This document shows positions 37,489-47,925 of a stretch of 64,000 nt of DNA, in pieces (the stretch's first letter is position 1; each line of letters opens with the position of its first letter). This stretch comes from Chthoniobacterales bacterium. GTDB taxonomy: Bacteria; Verrucomicrobiota; Verrucomicrobiia; Chthoniobacterales; Chthoniobacteraceae. The translations under genes and the position numbers were made by a program. Where the stretch lies: contig JBBRYC010000013.1 of assembly GCA_038238025.1 (NCBI GenBank), positions 6,356-70,355 on the forward strand. The letters are read 5' to 3'. The notes under the pieces were generated by a model. It ran no database searches, was not told the DNA's origin, and was given only the letters and a program-made list of their open reading frames with translations.

Positions 37489-38661
37489 CTACGCCAGCCG
37501 CACCGCGCGCGTCTTGTCCAGCTTCAGCACATCGCCCGCGCTCATCGCCGGCGTCGCCTTCGCATCGCCCACCTTCTCTCCGCGAAGCTGGATGCTCCCC
37601 TGCTCCACGAGCCGCCGCGCGTCACCGCGCGACTTCGTGATTTGAAAACACTGCGCATACGCCGCCACCACCACGCTTACGATGTCCGGCTGCAAGCCCG
37701 CGAGCGCCAGCGACGGCAGCTCCGCGTGATCGAGATCCTTCTTGGAAAATCGCGTCTCAAATTCCGCACGCGCAGCCTGCGCCGCCTCCTCGCTGTGGTA
37801 GCGCGCCACGATGCGCGCCGCGAGCTGCTTCTTCGCCTCCATCGGGTGAATGTCCGGCACCGCCTCGCACAGCAGCAGCTCGTAGTACCGCGCCATCAGC
37901 GTGTCGCCGATGCTCATCAGTTTCCCAAACATCATCTCCGGCGCCTCCGCCACACCGACGTAATTGCCGAGGCTCTTCGACATCTTGTTCACGCCGTCGA
38001 GACCCTCGAGCAGCGGCAGCAAAAAGACCACCTGCTCGTGCTGCCCCTCCTCGCGCTGGAGCGAGCGGCCCACATGGCAGTTCAGGAGCTGATCCGTCCC
38101 GCCCAGTTCCACGTCCGCCTTGATCATCACCGAGTCCCACCCCTGCATGATCGGATACTGAATCTCGTGGAGATACACCGGCTCACCCGCGTCGAGCCGC
38201 TTTCGGAAATCCTCGCGCTGGAGCATCTGCTGCAGCGTGACATGCGCGTTCAGCTTCATCACCGCATCGAACGTCATCATCTCAAACCACTCGCCATTGA
38301 AGACCACCTTCGTCCGCGACGGGTCGAGAATCTTGAACGCCTGCTGCTTGAATGTCGTCGCATTCGCCATCACCTCATCGTGCGTGAGCTGCCGCCGCGC
38401 CTTCGAGCGCCCCGACGGATCGCCGATCATCGCCGTGAAATCCCCGATGATCAAAATCGCCTGATGCCCGAGGTCCTGGAACTGCCGCAACTTTGAAAGC
38501 CCCACCGTGAACCCGAGATGAATGTCCGGCGCCGTCGGGTCCACGCCCAGCTTCACATTCAGCGGACGCCCGAGCCGCAGCTTCGCCAGCAATTCCTCCT
38601 CGGAAATAATCTGCGCGGAGCCGCGCTTCAGGATGGCGAGTTGTTCTTCAGGCGACTTCAT
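37489..38661 (-). CDS. tyrS: tyrosine--tRNA ligase
   Basis: The class-I HIGH region appears as PDIHLGF. KMSKS motif (KMSKSLGNYV). C-terminal S4-like domain. Confidence 0.93.
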   Translation of the reverse strand: MKSPEEQLAILKRGSAQIISEEELLAKLRLGRPLNVKLGVDPTAPDIHLGFTVGLSKLRQFQDLGHQAILIIGDFTAMIGDPSGRSKARRQLTHDEVMANATTFKQQAFKILDPSRTKVVFNGEWFEMMTFDAVMKLNAHVTLQQMLQREDFRKRLDAGEPVYLHEIQYPIMQGWDSVMIKADVELGGTDQLLNCHVGRSLQREEGQHEQVVFLLPLLEGLDGVNKMSKSLGNYVGVAEAPEMMFGKLMSIGDTLMARYYELLLCEAVPDIHPMEAKKQLAARIVARYHSEEAAQAARAEFETRFSKKDLDHAELPSLALAGLQPDIVSVVVAAYAQCFQITKSRGDARRLVEQGSIQLRGEKVGDAKATPAMSAGDVLKLDKTRAVRLA

Positions 38662-38737
38662 CAGGAAAAAATAAGCGCGCCTAGATAGTCGGGCCGCGCG
38701 CGACTGCAAGGCTGGACTCCGCCGGATCGCGCACGCC

Positions 38738-39457
38738 TCAGTTTTTGTTCAGCAGCGACTTCACGTCCTGGATGCTCATCGGCTTCAGCTCACCGCTCCA
38801 GCTCTGGCCGCCCTCGCGCTCGCCGCCGATAGGCATCATGCCTCCGCCGCCCTTGTCCAGCGCCGCCTGCCTGCGCCCGATCGCGACGAAACGCTTCTCC
38901 GATCCAGGGAGAGTGCGTCCTTGCAGGCCCGTGTTCGCATCCCGGCTCTCGCGCGTCGCATACGTCTTCGTTGGCGACGTGAGCTTCGCAAACCACGACT
39001 GCTTCGTCTCCACGCTCTTCGTCGCAAATTGCGAATCCGAGCCCCACGCCTGCTTCGTCGCAAACGCGCCGGTTGCGAACGACTTCGTCCGCGTCCTGTC
39101 CACAAAATGAAACGCGTTCGTCGCCGCATTCTTCCCCGTGATCGATCGTCCGCTGCCGAAATTCGCCACGCTCGGGTTGAACTCCTTCGTGTAGTCGGGC
39201 TTCAGTACCTGCTCCTCGCGCGTGGTCGGCTTCGGTGCAGTCGCCGCATTCAGCCGCTCCTGCTCCTTCGCACGGCTGTTTGAGAAGAGCGGGAAAAGCC
39301 GCATCTTTTTCCGCTCCTGCTGCTGCTCCTGCTGGTCGTCCTTCCGCTCCTGCTGCTCCGCCGTGCGGCTCCACGGCCAGTGAAATGACCGCGCCTCCGC
39401 GCCCACAGGGCACGCAGCCATCGCCAGCCAAATCAGCACGGAACGTCGCATTCGCAT
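38738..39457 (-). CDS. hypothetical secreted protein, Gln/Glu/Lys-rich N-terminal region
   Basis: Internal ATG (M56 of track ORF) precedes the signal peptide MRMRRSVLIWLAMAACPVGAEA. Lies 46 nt downstream of the giant TPR gene. Confidence 0.65.
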   Translation of the reverse strand: MRMRRSVLIWLAMAACPVGAEARSFHWPWSRTAEQQERKDDQQEQQQERKKMRLFPLFSNSRAKEQERLNAATAPKPTTREEQVLKPDYTKEFNPSVANFGSGRSITGKNAATNAFHFVDRTRTKSFATGAFATKQAWGSDSQFATKSVETKQSWFAKLTSPTKTYATRESRDANTGLQGRTLPGSEKRFVAIGRRQAALDKGGGGMMPIGGEREGGQSWSGELKPMSIQDVKSLLNKN

Positions 39458-39503
39458 ACCGATGCCACCGGAAAACCGCACTGGCAAGGTGAACTTCCCG
39501 TCT

Positions 39504-42500
39504 TCAGCGGCGCGCGGCGTCGTTGGCCTTCTCCCAAAAATCGAACGCCGCCTCCCGCTCCGACGCCGACTGCGAGACTGAGAGGAACCGCCCCAGCACC
39601 GCCTTCGCCTGCGCCGCATCACCGCGGGTCATCTGAATCTCCGCCGCACGCCGCGCAAATTCCCACGACACCGGCCGCAGTTCCGACGCACGCTCCGCGT
39701 GTCGCAGCAGCGCGTCCGCATCCCCGCGCCGCCCCGCCCACGCGGCATGAAGCGCCTCGTTCTCCGCAGCCGCATCCGGCATTCGCGACAGCGCAGGCTG
39801 TGCAAAAAGCTGCGCGCATTTTTCGAACTCCCCCGACTTCACCGCCGCGCGCCGGAGCCGCGCGCAGTCCACCCGCGGCACACCGCCGCCCTCCGCCGGG
39901 GATTCATCCACCGCGCTCACGAGCGACGGCTCCGCCGCCACGAGCGACAGCGCCTCGCGCACACGCCCCCGCTTTTCGTGGAGCGAGAAAATCGCGAGCG
40001 ACAGCTCATGCACCGCGCGCGGCGCGAGCCCGAACTCCGCAGCCACGTCGCGCCACCGCGCGAGTTCGCCGCCCGCGTCGAGATACTCCGCGAGCGCCGC
40101 ATATTCATGGCACACCGGCTCCGCAAACGCCCGCCGAAGCAGCAGCCTCGCCGCGCGGAAATTGTTCACCGCGACATGCACGCGCGCCATTGCCACGAGC
40201 ACGGACGGCGCGGGCGAGGGTCCGCCCTGCCGCATCGCGAGCGAGAGAGATTCACGCGCCCGCGCAGTGTCGCCGACTCCCAGCCACGCGCGCCCCAGCG
40301 CCTCCGCACCGCCGGTGAATCCCGCCAGCCACGCGTGCTGCCGCAGCACCTCCGCAGCGCGCTCGCGCGAGCCGTTTGCTGCAAGCAGCCGCACCCATTC
40401 GAGCAACGCATCCGCGGATGGCCACCCGTCCCGCGCCGCGCGCTCGGCCACGAGCAACTGCAAATCCGCACGCCGCGCCCCACGCGCGATGGCACCGAGT
40501 TCCTCGATCATTCGTTCGGAAACGTCCGCCCTCCCGAGCAGTGTCGCGCAGATTTGCCGCGCCGCGTCCGCATCCTCAGCAGCGCACGCACGCCGCAGCA
40601 GCACCAGCCCGGCCGCGCTTTCACCCGAACCCGCGCGCCATGCGGCATCGAGTTCGCGCTTCCACTCCTCCGCGATCCCGAGCCGCTGCGCGTAGTGCTC
40701 GAAAAATTGGAAATATCCCTCCGCGAGTTCCGGATGCTCCCGCACAGCCTCGCGCATCCGCTCCTGCATCCGCGCAAGAATAATCCGCGACGGCGGGAAT
40801 CCGGGGATCGTCAGCAGCATCGAGCGCGCCTGCATCAGCGCGAGCGGCTCCGTCGTCTTCGCAGCCGCGGCCACGAGCACGCTGCGGGCGGGCGCACCCT
40901 CGCCCTTCAGCGCCAGCACTTCCGCCGCCGCCATCGCAGCCTGCACTGCGCTGCTGCCCGTCAGCCGCGCGAGCGCCACGAGTGCATCGTCCGTGCGTCC
41001 GTCCTTGCAAAAAAGCTCCGGCAAAGACAGGTCGCCCGACGGCCCCGAACGGTTCCGCACCTCGATGGCCTCCGCAAATTTTCCGCGCCGCTCCAGCACG
41101 CTCGCCAGCGCGCGGCGCGCGGGCGCGCTCCCGCCATCGCAGCCGATCATCTTTTTCCACACCGGCGCGGCCTCCTCCGCCCTGCCAGATCTTTCCAGCA
41201 GCAGCGCCTCGCGCATCAGCAGCCGCAGCTCCTCGGGATTCCGCTCCACGGCCTTTTCGAACACCGCGAGGGCCTCGTCCGCTGCACCGCGCGCCTCCAG
41301 CAAGTCCGCAAGCTCCAGCGCGAATTCGCGCAGCGTCGTGTCATTTCCGGGATTGATGCGCTCCTCGATGCAGCGCCGGCGGACGGCCTCTTCCATCACC
41401 ACGTCACCCGCGTTGCGCGAGGCATCCACCACTTGCCGCAGCGTGCCCGGATTCTGCGGATCGATCTCCCATCCCAGCTTCCAGACCGCCACCGCGTGCG
41501 CGGCACCGCCGACCGATTCGAGCGCCTCCGCGAATCGCGCGCGCGCACCGGCATCCGCAGTGTCCCGCAATTTCGCGAGCATCGCCTGCCGCTCGATCGC
41601 ACCGCCCGCGAGGTACGCGAGCGCATCCCGCTGCGCGCCCCCGCGCAGCAGCACCTCATGCAGAATGGGCCGCACGCTCCACTCCCCGCCGCGTGTCCCG
41701 ATTTTCGGCGAACCCACGCGCACGCCCTGCTCCTCCTGCAACGCGCGCAGCCCCCCGTCCGCGAGCGCCACATCGAGCGTGTGGCGCGCAAGCTCCGGCA
41801 GCTTCCACTCCGCAAGCTGAGCCGCCGTGCCGTGCGCAAAGCTCCACTCGCGCAACGCGGAATTCCCCTCCTCCTGCGCCGCCGGGCCGACGGGATGCAT
41901 CCCGAGCAGCCGCGACAGCGCGGCGCGTGCATCGTCATCCCGGCCATCGAGCGCGAAAAGGAGCGCCCTCACTTGCAGGCCATGCACCGCCCCCTCGTCC
42001 GCAGATCGCAACCGCTCGCGCACAAACGCCGCACGCTGATCCTGCGGCAGCAGAAAATACAGATCCCGCATCGCAGCGTACACCGGCGCCTCGAGTGACT
42101 CGCCGTCGCCGTCGCACGCCGCAGCGAGCACTGCTCGCGCCTCGTCCATTTCCCCGAGCGCGAGGTGCCACCGCGCCAGTTCGCGACCCGTGGCCGCGCG
42201 CTGCGGCGTATTCGCAAAAACTCTGCGCCCGAGCGCAATCGCCTCGCGCGTATGATGCCACCGCGCGAGTTCCTCCGCGAGCGGCCACAGCTCCGCGCGC
42301 CCGCCCTCGGGGAACACGCCCTGCATCATCGCGACCGACACAGGGACGCTGCGCGACGACAGCACGTCTGCAAACGTCCGCTTGAAAAGCTCCGCATCCT
42401 CCGCCGTGCGCGCATCCGCATTTAGCCACTCGCCAAGCCGCGCAAACGCACCGCTCTCGAATGCAATCCGGATGAACGCCTGCCAGTGCGAACGATCCGC

Positions 42501-45500
42501 CGGATCCGCAGCCGCATTTTTTTCCACCAGCGGGAGCACCGCATCGCGCGTGCCGGAAAAATGCAGTGCCCACAGTGTCTCGGCGCCCGCACCGGATTCG
42601 GACGGGCTCCATTCAGCGATCCATTTTTCCAGCGCCGCACCGCCCGTGTTCCGCGCGATCTCGGCAAGCCTGCGGAGCGCAGCGAGTCGTAATTTTGTGG
42701 CAGACTCCATTCGCCGTTGCGATTTTTCAAACGTTCGCCGTGCGCCGCCCCCGGGCCGAACCTCAATCCGTGTCTCAAGGCTGTCCGGCGTTGCTGGGGT
42801 CACCGGAAAATCGCCGGAAAAGTCCGAAGTGTGAAGTGAGCCGAACATCGCATTCCCGCGGTCTGTCAGTCCCATGTTGAACTCACTGGGATACACTGCC
42901 TCTGTCACCGTCGGCGTGAGTTTCATCACTTTTTCAAATGCCACGCGCGCCTCTGCGAGTTTTCCTGCGGCGAACTTCAATTCTCCGAATTCGGATGCCG
43001 CGCGCACGTCCGTCGCATCGAGCGCGCAGAGCTTGCCGAGGAGATTCGCCGCCGTCGCGTGATCGCCCCATTGCAGGTGAAAGTCCGCGGCCCTGCGCAG
43101 CACGTCCGGATCGCGCGGAAATTTCGCCACGACCTGCGCCCATGTCCGCTCCACGGCGTCGAGGTCGCCGCTGCCTTCCTGCAATGCCGCAAGCCGCAGC
43201 CATCCGTCGGAATGCTGCACCTTCGACATCCGCACAAACTGCTCCTGAAGCCGCACGGCGAGATCGAGTTTGTGAAGCCCCTCCGCCTCGCGCACGAGTT
43301 CCGGCAGCACGTCCGCATCCGTCGGCACCGAGAGCGCGGCGTCGGTGAACATCCCGGACGCCGCGGCCTTTTCACCCATGAGCTTGAGCACGCGGCCAAG
43401 CGCGATGGCCGCGACATAGTCGTCCGCCTTCGCCGCACGCCGCTTCTCGAAAATGCCGCGCGCCCACGGCAGCAGCGCGTGGCGCTGGCAGTAGAGCAGC
43501 AATTCGTCGAGCCTCGCGAAACGCGTGCGTTCGTCGCTGGAATCATCCGCGCCGCGCAGCATCAGCTCCACCGCCTCGTCATGCGCGCCGGTCTTTTCCA
43601 GCATCCGCAGCAGGGACGCCGCCGCCTCGCGACGCCGCGGCGCAGGCGCGAGCGCGAGCACGTTTCTCCACGTCGCCGCCGACTCCGTCACCTTGCCCGC
43701 CCGCTCCTGCGCGGCCGCGAGATCGGCGAGCGCGTCCATGCTTCCCGGATTCGACTTCACCAGCTGCGCAAAAATTTCCAGCGACTCCGCGTGATCGCCG
43801 CGCTGCAATCCCACCTGCGCAATTTCGCGCAGGTAGCCGTCGCGCCCGGTGGGATTCAGCTCGATGAGTTCGCGCAGGTACGCGACTGCATACGCGCCCT
43901 CGCCATTCGTCACCGCGTGCCGCGCGAGAAATTCGCGCGCCGCGGGATTCCTCGGCTCCATGTCCGCGGCCTTCGCGGCGAAGGTCACGGCGCTCGACTT
44001 GTCGCCATTCCACGCCTTCCACCGCGCTACGCGCAGCCAGCCCGCGGGCGACTTCGCATCGTTCGCCTCGCGCATCAGGTCGCGGATGAATCCCTCGACC
44101 AGCGCCGCGGCGGTCGCACCCTTTCCGGTGCCCGCAGGCACGGCCTCGGCGCGGATGCTCTCGAAAAGTTTCCCGTCCACCTCAAGCCGCTCGGCATCGC
44201 TGCTGCTCGCCGCGTACGCCCGCAGAAATGCCGCCTTCGCCTCCGCGCGCTGCGCGAGCACCGCGCGTAATTCGCCAAGCAGCAGCAGCGCCTCCCGCGA
44301 TTCCGGCGTGAGGCGCACCGCGGCCTCCGCCTCCGTGACAGCCGAAGTCAGTTCGCCCTGACCCTTCAGATGCTGCGCGACGACAAGCCGGCGGCGCGAC
44401 TCCTCGGCAGGCGCATCGCCGCCACGCACGAGACGCGACAGCACCGCGCGCCCCTCGTCCGGCTTCCGCTGGGAAAAGTAAAATTCCGCGAGTGACAGCA
44501 GCGCGTTCTCCGCACCGCTCCGCGCATCCGAGGACAGGTGTTCCTCGATCGCATCGAGCATCCGGTGCTCCTGAAAAAATGCGAGGGCCGCGGCGCGCAG
44601 GATTTCGTCATCGCCACGCGCGGCCAGCAGCGCCGCGATCCGCTGACGTGCGGCAGCGCCCTCGTCCCGGCGCAAATCCAGCCGCGCACGCTCGAAGACG
44701 AGGTCGGTGTTCTTCGGCTGCGCCGCGATCACTTTGTCAAACTGCGCTGCCGCGGCATCGAGCTGATCCATCTGCGCGAGCAGCCGCGCGAGCCGCAGCG
44801 AATGTTCCGAGTTGCCCGGCACAAGAGCGGTGACTTTCTCCAGCCACACGCGCTCCTGCGCAGGATTGCCGGTGCGATCGTAAAACTCCACGACCTGAAG
44901 ATACCCGCCGAGGTCGCGCGGATTCGCCTCCACCTGGGCGAGCCACTTTTTCTCCAGCGCACTCTCCGCATGAGTGCGCTGGGCGAGACGGATGATTTGC
45001 CCGAGCAGCTCCGCGCGCAGCCAGTTCCCCGGCGCGGTGCCTCGCACTGCGCGTTCGAGCGCCTGCATCGCATCGTCCGGGCGCGCGGCGGCGGAGTGAA
45101 TCGCGGCCATCTGCTGCAATGCCTTCGCGCGCTCCGATGGCTCCGCGTGCGTGGAAAGAAACTCCAGGTGCCTGAGCGCAATCTCCGACTGCCCCGCATC
45201 CGCACACGCGTGCGCGAGACGGCGGCGCAGATCGAGATCGTCCGGCGAGAGCGCGGCCATGCGCTCCCACGACGCGGCAGCCTTCGCTGGTTCGCCGGCG
45301 GCGCTCCATGCTGCGCCGAGCTGCATCAGCGTGTCCTGCATGCGCGCATCGTTCTTCGGAAAAATCGCGAGCGCCTTCTCGAAAAATGCCGCCGCGGCAC
45401 GAGGACGCGCGCCTTCACTTTCCATCCGGCCCAGCGCGAGCAGTGGCAGCGGACTCGCAGCGTCCGCCTTTGCCGCGCTCTCGAATGCCGCGCGCGCCTC

Positions 45501-45761
45501 GTCGTCACGCCCTGCCTTTCGCAGCAGCAGCCCGAAGATCATGCGTCCGGAAAAATCCTCGGCCTTCGCGCAGGCTGCGAGCAGTTCTTCCGTCGTGCCG
45601 CCGTCGAGCGCTCCCTTCCAGAGCCGATCGAGCGCGATTCCCTCTGCGGGATTTGCCGCGAGCATCTGCCGGTAGCGCTCCGCAACGCGCGACGAAAGCG
45701 GCTCCGCCTGCGCGAAAGCGGAGGCAAGCACAGCGGCGGCAAACATGCGGCGGACTCGCAT
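39504..45761 (-). CDS. 2085-aa secreted tetratricopeptide-repeat protein
   Basis: A single uninterrupted ORF. Signal peptide MRVRRMFAAAVLASAFAQA. Ala/Leu/Arg-rich helical-repeat periodicity throughout, with TPR-like A..A...P..A patterns. Confidence 0.88.
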   Translation of the reverse strand: MRVRRMFAAAVLASAFAQAEPLSSRVAERYRQMLAANPAEGIALDRLWKGALDGGTTEELLAACAKAEDFSGRMIFGLLLRKAGRDDEARAAFESAAKADAASPLPLLALGRMESEGARPRAAAAFFEKALAIFPKNDARMQDTLMQLGAAWSAAGEPAKAAASWERMAALSPDDLDLRRRLAHACADAGQSEIALRHLEFLSTHAEPSERAKALQQMAAIHSAAARPDDAMQALERAVRGTAPGNWLRAELLGQIIRLAQRTHAESALEKKWLAQVEANPRDLGGYLQVVEFYDRTGNPAQERVWLEKVTALVPGNSEHSLRLARLLAQMDQLDAAAAQFDKVIAAQPKNTDLVFERARLDLRRDEGAAARQRIAALLAARGDDEILRAAALAFFQEHRMLDAIEEHLSSDARSGAENALLSLAEFYFSQRKPDEGRAVLSRLVRGGDAPAEESRRRLVVAQHLKGQGELTSAVTEAEAAVRLTPESREALLLLGELRAVLAQRAEAKAAFLRAYAASSSDAERLEVDGKLFESIRAEAVPAGTGKGATAAALVEGFIRDLMREANDAKSPAGWLRVARWKAWNGDKSSAVTFAAKAADMEPRNPAAREFLARHAVTNGEGAYAVAYLRELIELNPTGRDGYLREIAQVGLQRGDHAESLEIFAQLVKSNPGSMDALADLAAAQERAGKVTESAATWRNVLALAPAPRRREAAASLLRMLEKTGAHDEAVELMLRGADDSSDERTRFARLDELLLYCQRHALLPWARGIFEKRRAAKADDYVAAIALGRVLKLMGEKAAASGMFTDAALSVPTDADVLPELVREAEGLHKLDLAVRLQEQFVRMSKVQHSDGWLRLAALQEGSGDLDAVERTWAQVVAKFPRDPDVLRRAADFHLQWGDHATAANLLGKLCALDATDVRAASEFGELKFAAGKLAEARVAFEKVMKLTPTVTEAVYPSEFNMGLTDRGNAMFGSLHTSDFSGDFPVTPATPDSLETRIEVRPGGGARRTFEKSQRRMESATKLRLAALRRLAEIARNTGGAALEKWIAEWSPSESGAGAETLWALHFSGTRDAVLPLVEKNAAADPADRSHWQAFIRIAFESGAFARLGEWLNADARTAEDAELFKRTFADVLSSRSVPVSVAMMQGVFPEGGRAELWPLAEELARWHHTREAIALGRRVFANTPQRAATGRELARWHLALGEMDEARAVLAAACDGDGESLEAPVYAAMRDLYFLLPQDQRAAFVRERLRSADEGAVHGLQVRALLFALDGRDDDARAALSRLLGMHPVGPAAQEEGNSALREWSFAHGTAAQLAEWKLPELARHTLDVALADGGLRALQEEQGVRVGSPKIGTRGGEWSVRPILHEVLLRGGAQRDALAYLAGGAIERQAMLAKLRDTADAGARARFAEALESVGGAAHAVAVWKLGWEIDPQNPGTLRQVVDASRNAGDVVMEEAVRRRCIEERINPGNDTTLREFALELADLLEARGAADEALAVFEKAVERNPEELRLLMREALLLERSGRAEEAAPVWKKMIGCDGGSAPARRALASVLERRGKFAEAIEVRNRSGPSGDLSLPELFCKDGRTDDALVALARLTGSSAVQAAMAAAEVLALKGEGAPARSVLVAAAAKTTEPLALMQARSMLLTIPGFPPSRIILARMQERMREAVREHPELAEGYFQFFEHYAQRLGIAEEWKRELDAAWRAGSGESAAGLVLLRRACAAEDADAARQICATLLGRADVSERMIEELGAIARGARRADLQLLVAERAARDGWPSADALLEWVRLLAANGSRERAAEVLRQHAWLAGFTGGAEALGRAWLGVGDTARARESLSLAMRQGGPSPAPSVLVAMARVHVAVNNFRAARLLLRRAFAEPVCHEYAALAEYLDAGGELARWRDVAAEFGLAPRAVHELSLAIFSLHEKRGRVREALSLVAAEPSLVSAVDESPAEGGGVPRVDCARLRRAAVKSGEFEKCAQLFAQPALSRMPDAAAENEALHAAWAGRRGDADALLRHAERASELRPVSWEFARRAAEIQMTRGDAAQAKAVLGRFLSVSQSASEREAAFDFWEKANDAARR

Positions 45762-45830
45762 CGCGCCACTATTCCCGCCGCGACTGAAAACACAACCCCG
45801 CCGGGTAGTGACTCAGTTTGAAATCTTACA

Positions 45831-45911
45831 TCTTTGTCTTGCTCTTGCTCCGGCTCTCTTTGCCACGGTTTGAGAGCACGAGCACGAGCACGAGCAAGAC
45901 AAAGACAAAGA
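45831..45911. repeat. hairpin element with hexamer-repeat arms (GAGCAC/AAGACA), downstream of guaB
   Basis: TCTTTGTCTTGCTCTTGCTC pairs with GAGCACGAGCAAGACAAAGACAAAGA. Confidence 0.8.
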
Positions 45912-45972
45912 GAAAGAACCGCCCAACAGTCAAATTGAGCCAATCCCCCTCCGCCGCCCGCGCCCCGCTACG

Positions 45973-47523
45973 TCACTTCGTGGACTTCACCTCGATCACA
46001 TCGTGCGGTGCGCTCTCGCGCTGTCCTGCGCTCGTGACGCGGATGAATCGCGCGGCCTTGCGCAGCGCGGGAAGATCGCGCGAGCCGAGGTAGCCGAGAC
46101 CGCTCTGCACGCCGCCGGAGAGCTGCGCGAGGACGAGTTCGACGGGCGGGCTCACTTCCTTCAGCGCCTCGATGCCCTCGGCGGCGACCTTGCGCGCCGA
46201 GTCTTTCGTGGAATGTCCGTAGCGCGCGGCGCTGCCTGCGGTCATCGCGGCTGCGCTGCCCATGCCGCGGTATTGTTTGTACAGCTTGCCGTTGATTTCC
46301 ATGATCTGCCCCGGCGCCTCGGGGCAGCCGGCGAGCAAGCTTCCGCAGATGACTGCCTGCGCGAGCGTGAGCGCCTTCACGATGTCGCCGCTCTTCACCA
46401 CGCCGCCGTCGGCAATGAGAGTCACCCCGCATTTTTCCGCCGCGCGGCTCGCGACGTAGAGTGCGGTGAGCTGCGGGATGCCGACGCCCGCGACGACGCG
46501 CGTGGTGCAGATGGAGCCGGGGCCCTGGCCGACTTTCACGACGTTCGCGCCGCACTTCGCGAGATACTCGACGCCCTCGCCGCTCGTCACGTTGCCCGCG
46601 ATGATCGGCAGCTCGGGAAATGCGCCGCGGATCAATTTCACCGTGTCGCCGACGCCCGCGCTGTGCCCGTGCGCGGTGCTCACGGCGATGACGTCGCAGC
46701 CGCGTTCGACGAGCGCGCCCGCGTGGCCGAGGATGCGGTCGCTGTCGAGCGAGCCATCCGCCTTTCGCAATCCGATGATGCTCGCGCCGCAGAGCAGGCG
46801 GAATTTTTCATCGCGCGCGGGCTTAAAATGCGAGCCGTGCTCGTGGAGGATGTGCTCGATGTCGCTGAGGGTGAAAAGGCCGCGCAGCGTGTCGCCGTCG
46901 CCGACGACGAGCAGCTTGTGGATGCCCATGTGCGCGGTGAAAAAACTGTCCGCCGCCTTGATGGGTTCGCTGCCAAGTTCGCGTTCGTGAATCGTGTGGA
47001 CCTGCGCGCGCGGCATCATCGCCTCGGCGACTTTGCGCGTGGCGTAGCGCTCGCGCACCACATGGCCGGGCAGCAGTCCGAGCAGCGTGTTTTTTTCATC
47101 CACGACGGGGAACGTGCTGAAGCCGAAACGCCGGTCGTCAATCATCGCGAGCACTTCGCCGATGAGCTGGTCCGGGCCGATTTTGATGGGCTCCTGGATC
47201 AGGCCGTGAACGTTGTTTTTCACGCGGCTCACCTCGGAGAGCTGCTGGCGCTCGGGCATGTTGCAATGGATGAGGCCGAGGCCGCCCGCGCGCGCCATCG
47301 CGATGGCCATCGGCGATTCGGTGACGGTGTCCATGTCCGCGGAGATGATCGGCAGGCGGAGCTGGAGCCGCTCGTGGAGCTGCGTGTCGAGGTTCGCGTC
47401 GCGCGGGATGACTTCGCTGTAGAGCGTCGCGAGCGTGACGTCATCGTAGGTGAGGCCGATGCCGCTGTGCTTCGGGAAAAACTGGTCGGCCGGCTGGTAG
47501 AACTGGTCGTCGAGAGGTGCCAT
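45973..47523 (-). CDS. guaB: IMP dehydrogenase
   Basis: Motifs GLTYDDV, tandem CBS domains, the catalytic loop [11 protein letters not shown] region ([18 protein letters not shown]), and [13 protein letters not shown]. Confidence 0.95.
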   Translation of the reverse strand: MAPLDDQFYQPADQFFPKHSGIGLTYDDVTLATLYSEVIPRDANLDTQLHERLQLRLPIISADMDTVTESPMAIAMARAGGLGLIHCNMPERQQLSEVSRVKNNVHGLIQEPIKIGPDQLIGEVLAMIDDRRFGFSTFPVVDEKNTLLGLLPGHVVRERYATRKVAEAMMPRAQVHTIHERELGSEPIKAADSFFTAHMGIHKLLVVGDGDTLRGLFTLSDIEHILHEHGSHFKPARDEKFRLLCGASIIGLRKADGSLDSDRILGHAGALVERGCDVIAVSTAHGHSAGVGDTVKLIRGAFPELPIIAGNVTSGEGVEYLAKCGANVVKVGQGPGSICTTRVVAGVGIPQLTALYVASRAAEKCGVTLIADGGVVKSGDIVKALTLAQAVICGSLLAGCPEAPGQIMEINGKLYKQYRGMGSAAAMTAGSAARYGHSTKDSARKVAAEGIEALKEVSPPVELVLAQLSGGVQSGLGYLGSRDLPALRKAARFIRVTSAGQRESAPHDVIEVKSTK

Positions 47524-47585
47524 GTCGAACCCTGCCAGAAGCGCGGTGCGGATGAAAAGCGGGAAGTGCGGCTCCCCCTCTTGAT

Positions 47586-47668
47586 CTTATTCTTATTCTT
47601 AATCCTATTCTTACTCCTCCGCCGGGCGCGGTCACGGCGGGGGAATATGAATAAGAATAAGAATAAGA
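47586..47668. repeat. hairpin element with hexamer-repeat arms (AATAAG), upstream of guaB
   Basis: CTTATTCTTATTCTTAATCCTATTC pairs with GAATATGAATAAGAATAAGAATAAG. The GC-rich apical part is CCGCCGGGCGCGGTCACGGCGG. Confidence 0.8.
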
Positions 47669-47681
47669 CGGGACTCCCGTG

Positions 47682-47921
47682 TCACAGCCGCGAGATCCGC
47701 CTGCGGTCCGCGAGCGCGTTGCAGCTCGGGCACCTCGGAAGCTCGATGCCGGTGTCGTCGCGAAACTCGAACGCGCACAGGTGGCATTTCACGAGGCTGC
47801 GGACGGAGTGTGACTCGCGGCGGTTGCGGCGGAGATTGTGCAGCCCGGAGGCGAGCAGGATGATGCCGAGGCACAGGCCGGCATAGACGTAGATCAGCTC
47901 GTGGAGTTCGAGGCGGAACAT
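47682..47921 (-). CDS. 79-aa membrane protein with C-terminal CxxC..CxxC zinc-ribbon
   Basis: Internal ATG (M60 of track ORF 47682..48098), 4 nt after the TonB-like stop. Transmembrane helix IYVYAGLCLGIILLASGL, then CHLCAFEF..(13)..CPSC. Confidence 0.6.
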   Translation of the reverse strand: MFRLELHELIYVYAGLCLGIILLASGLHNLRRNRRESHSVRSLVKCHLCAFEFRDDTGIELPRCPSCNALADRRRISRL

Positions 47922-47925
47922 ACGG

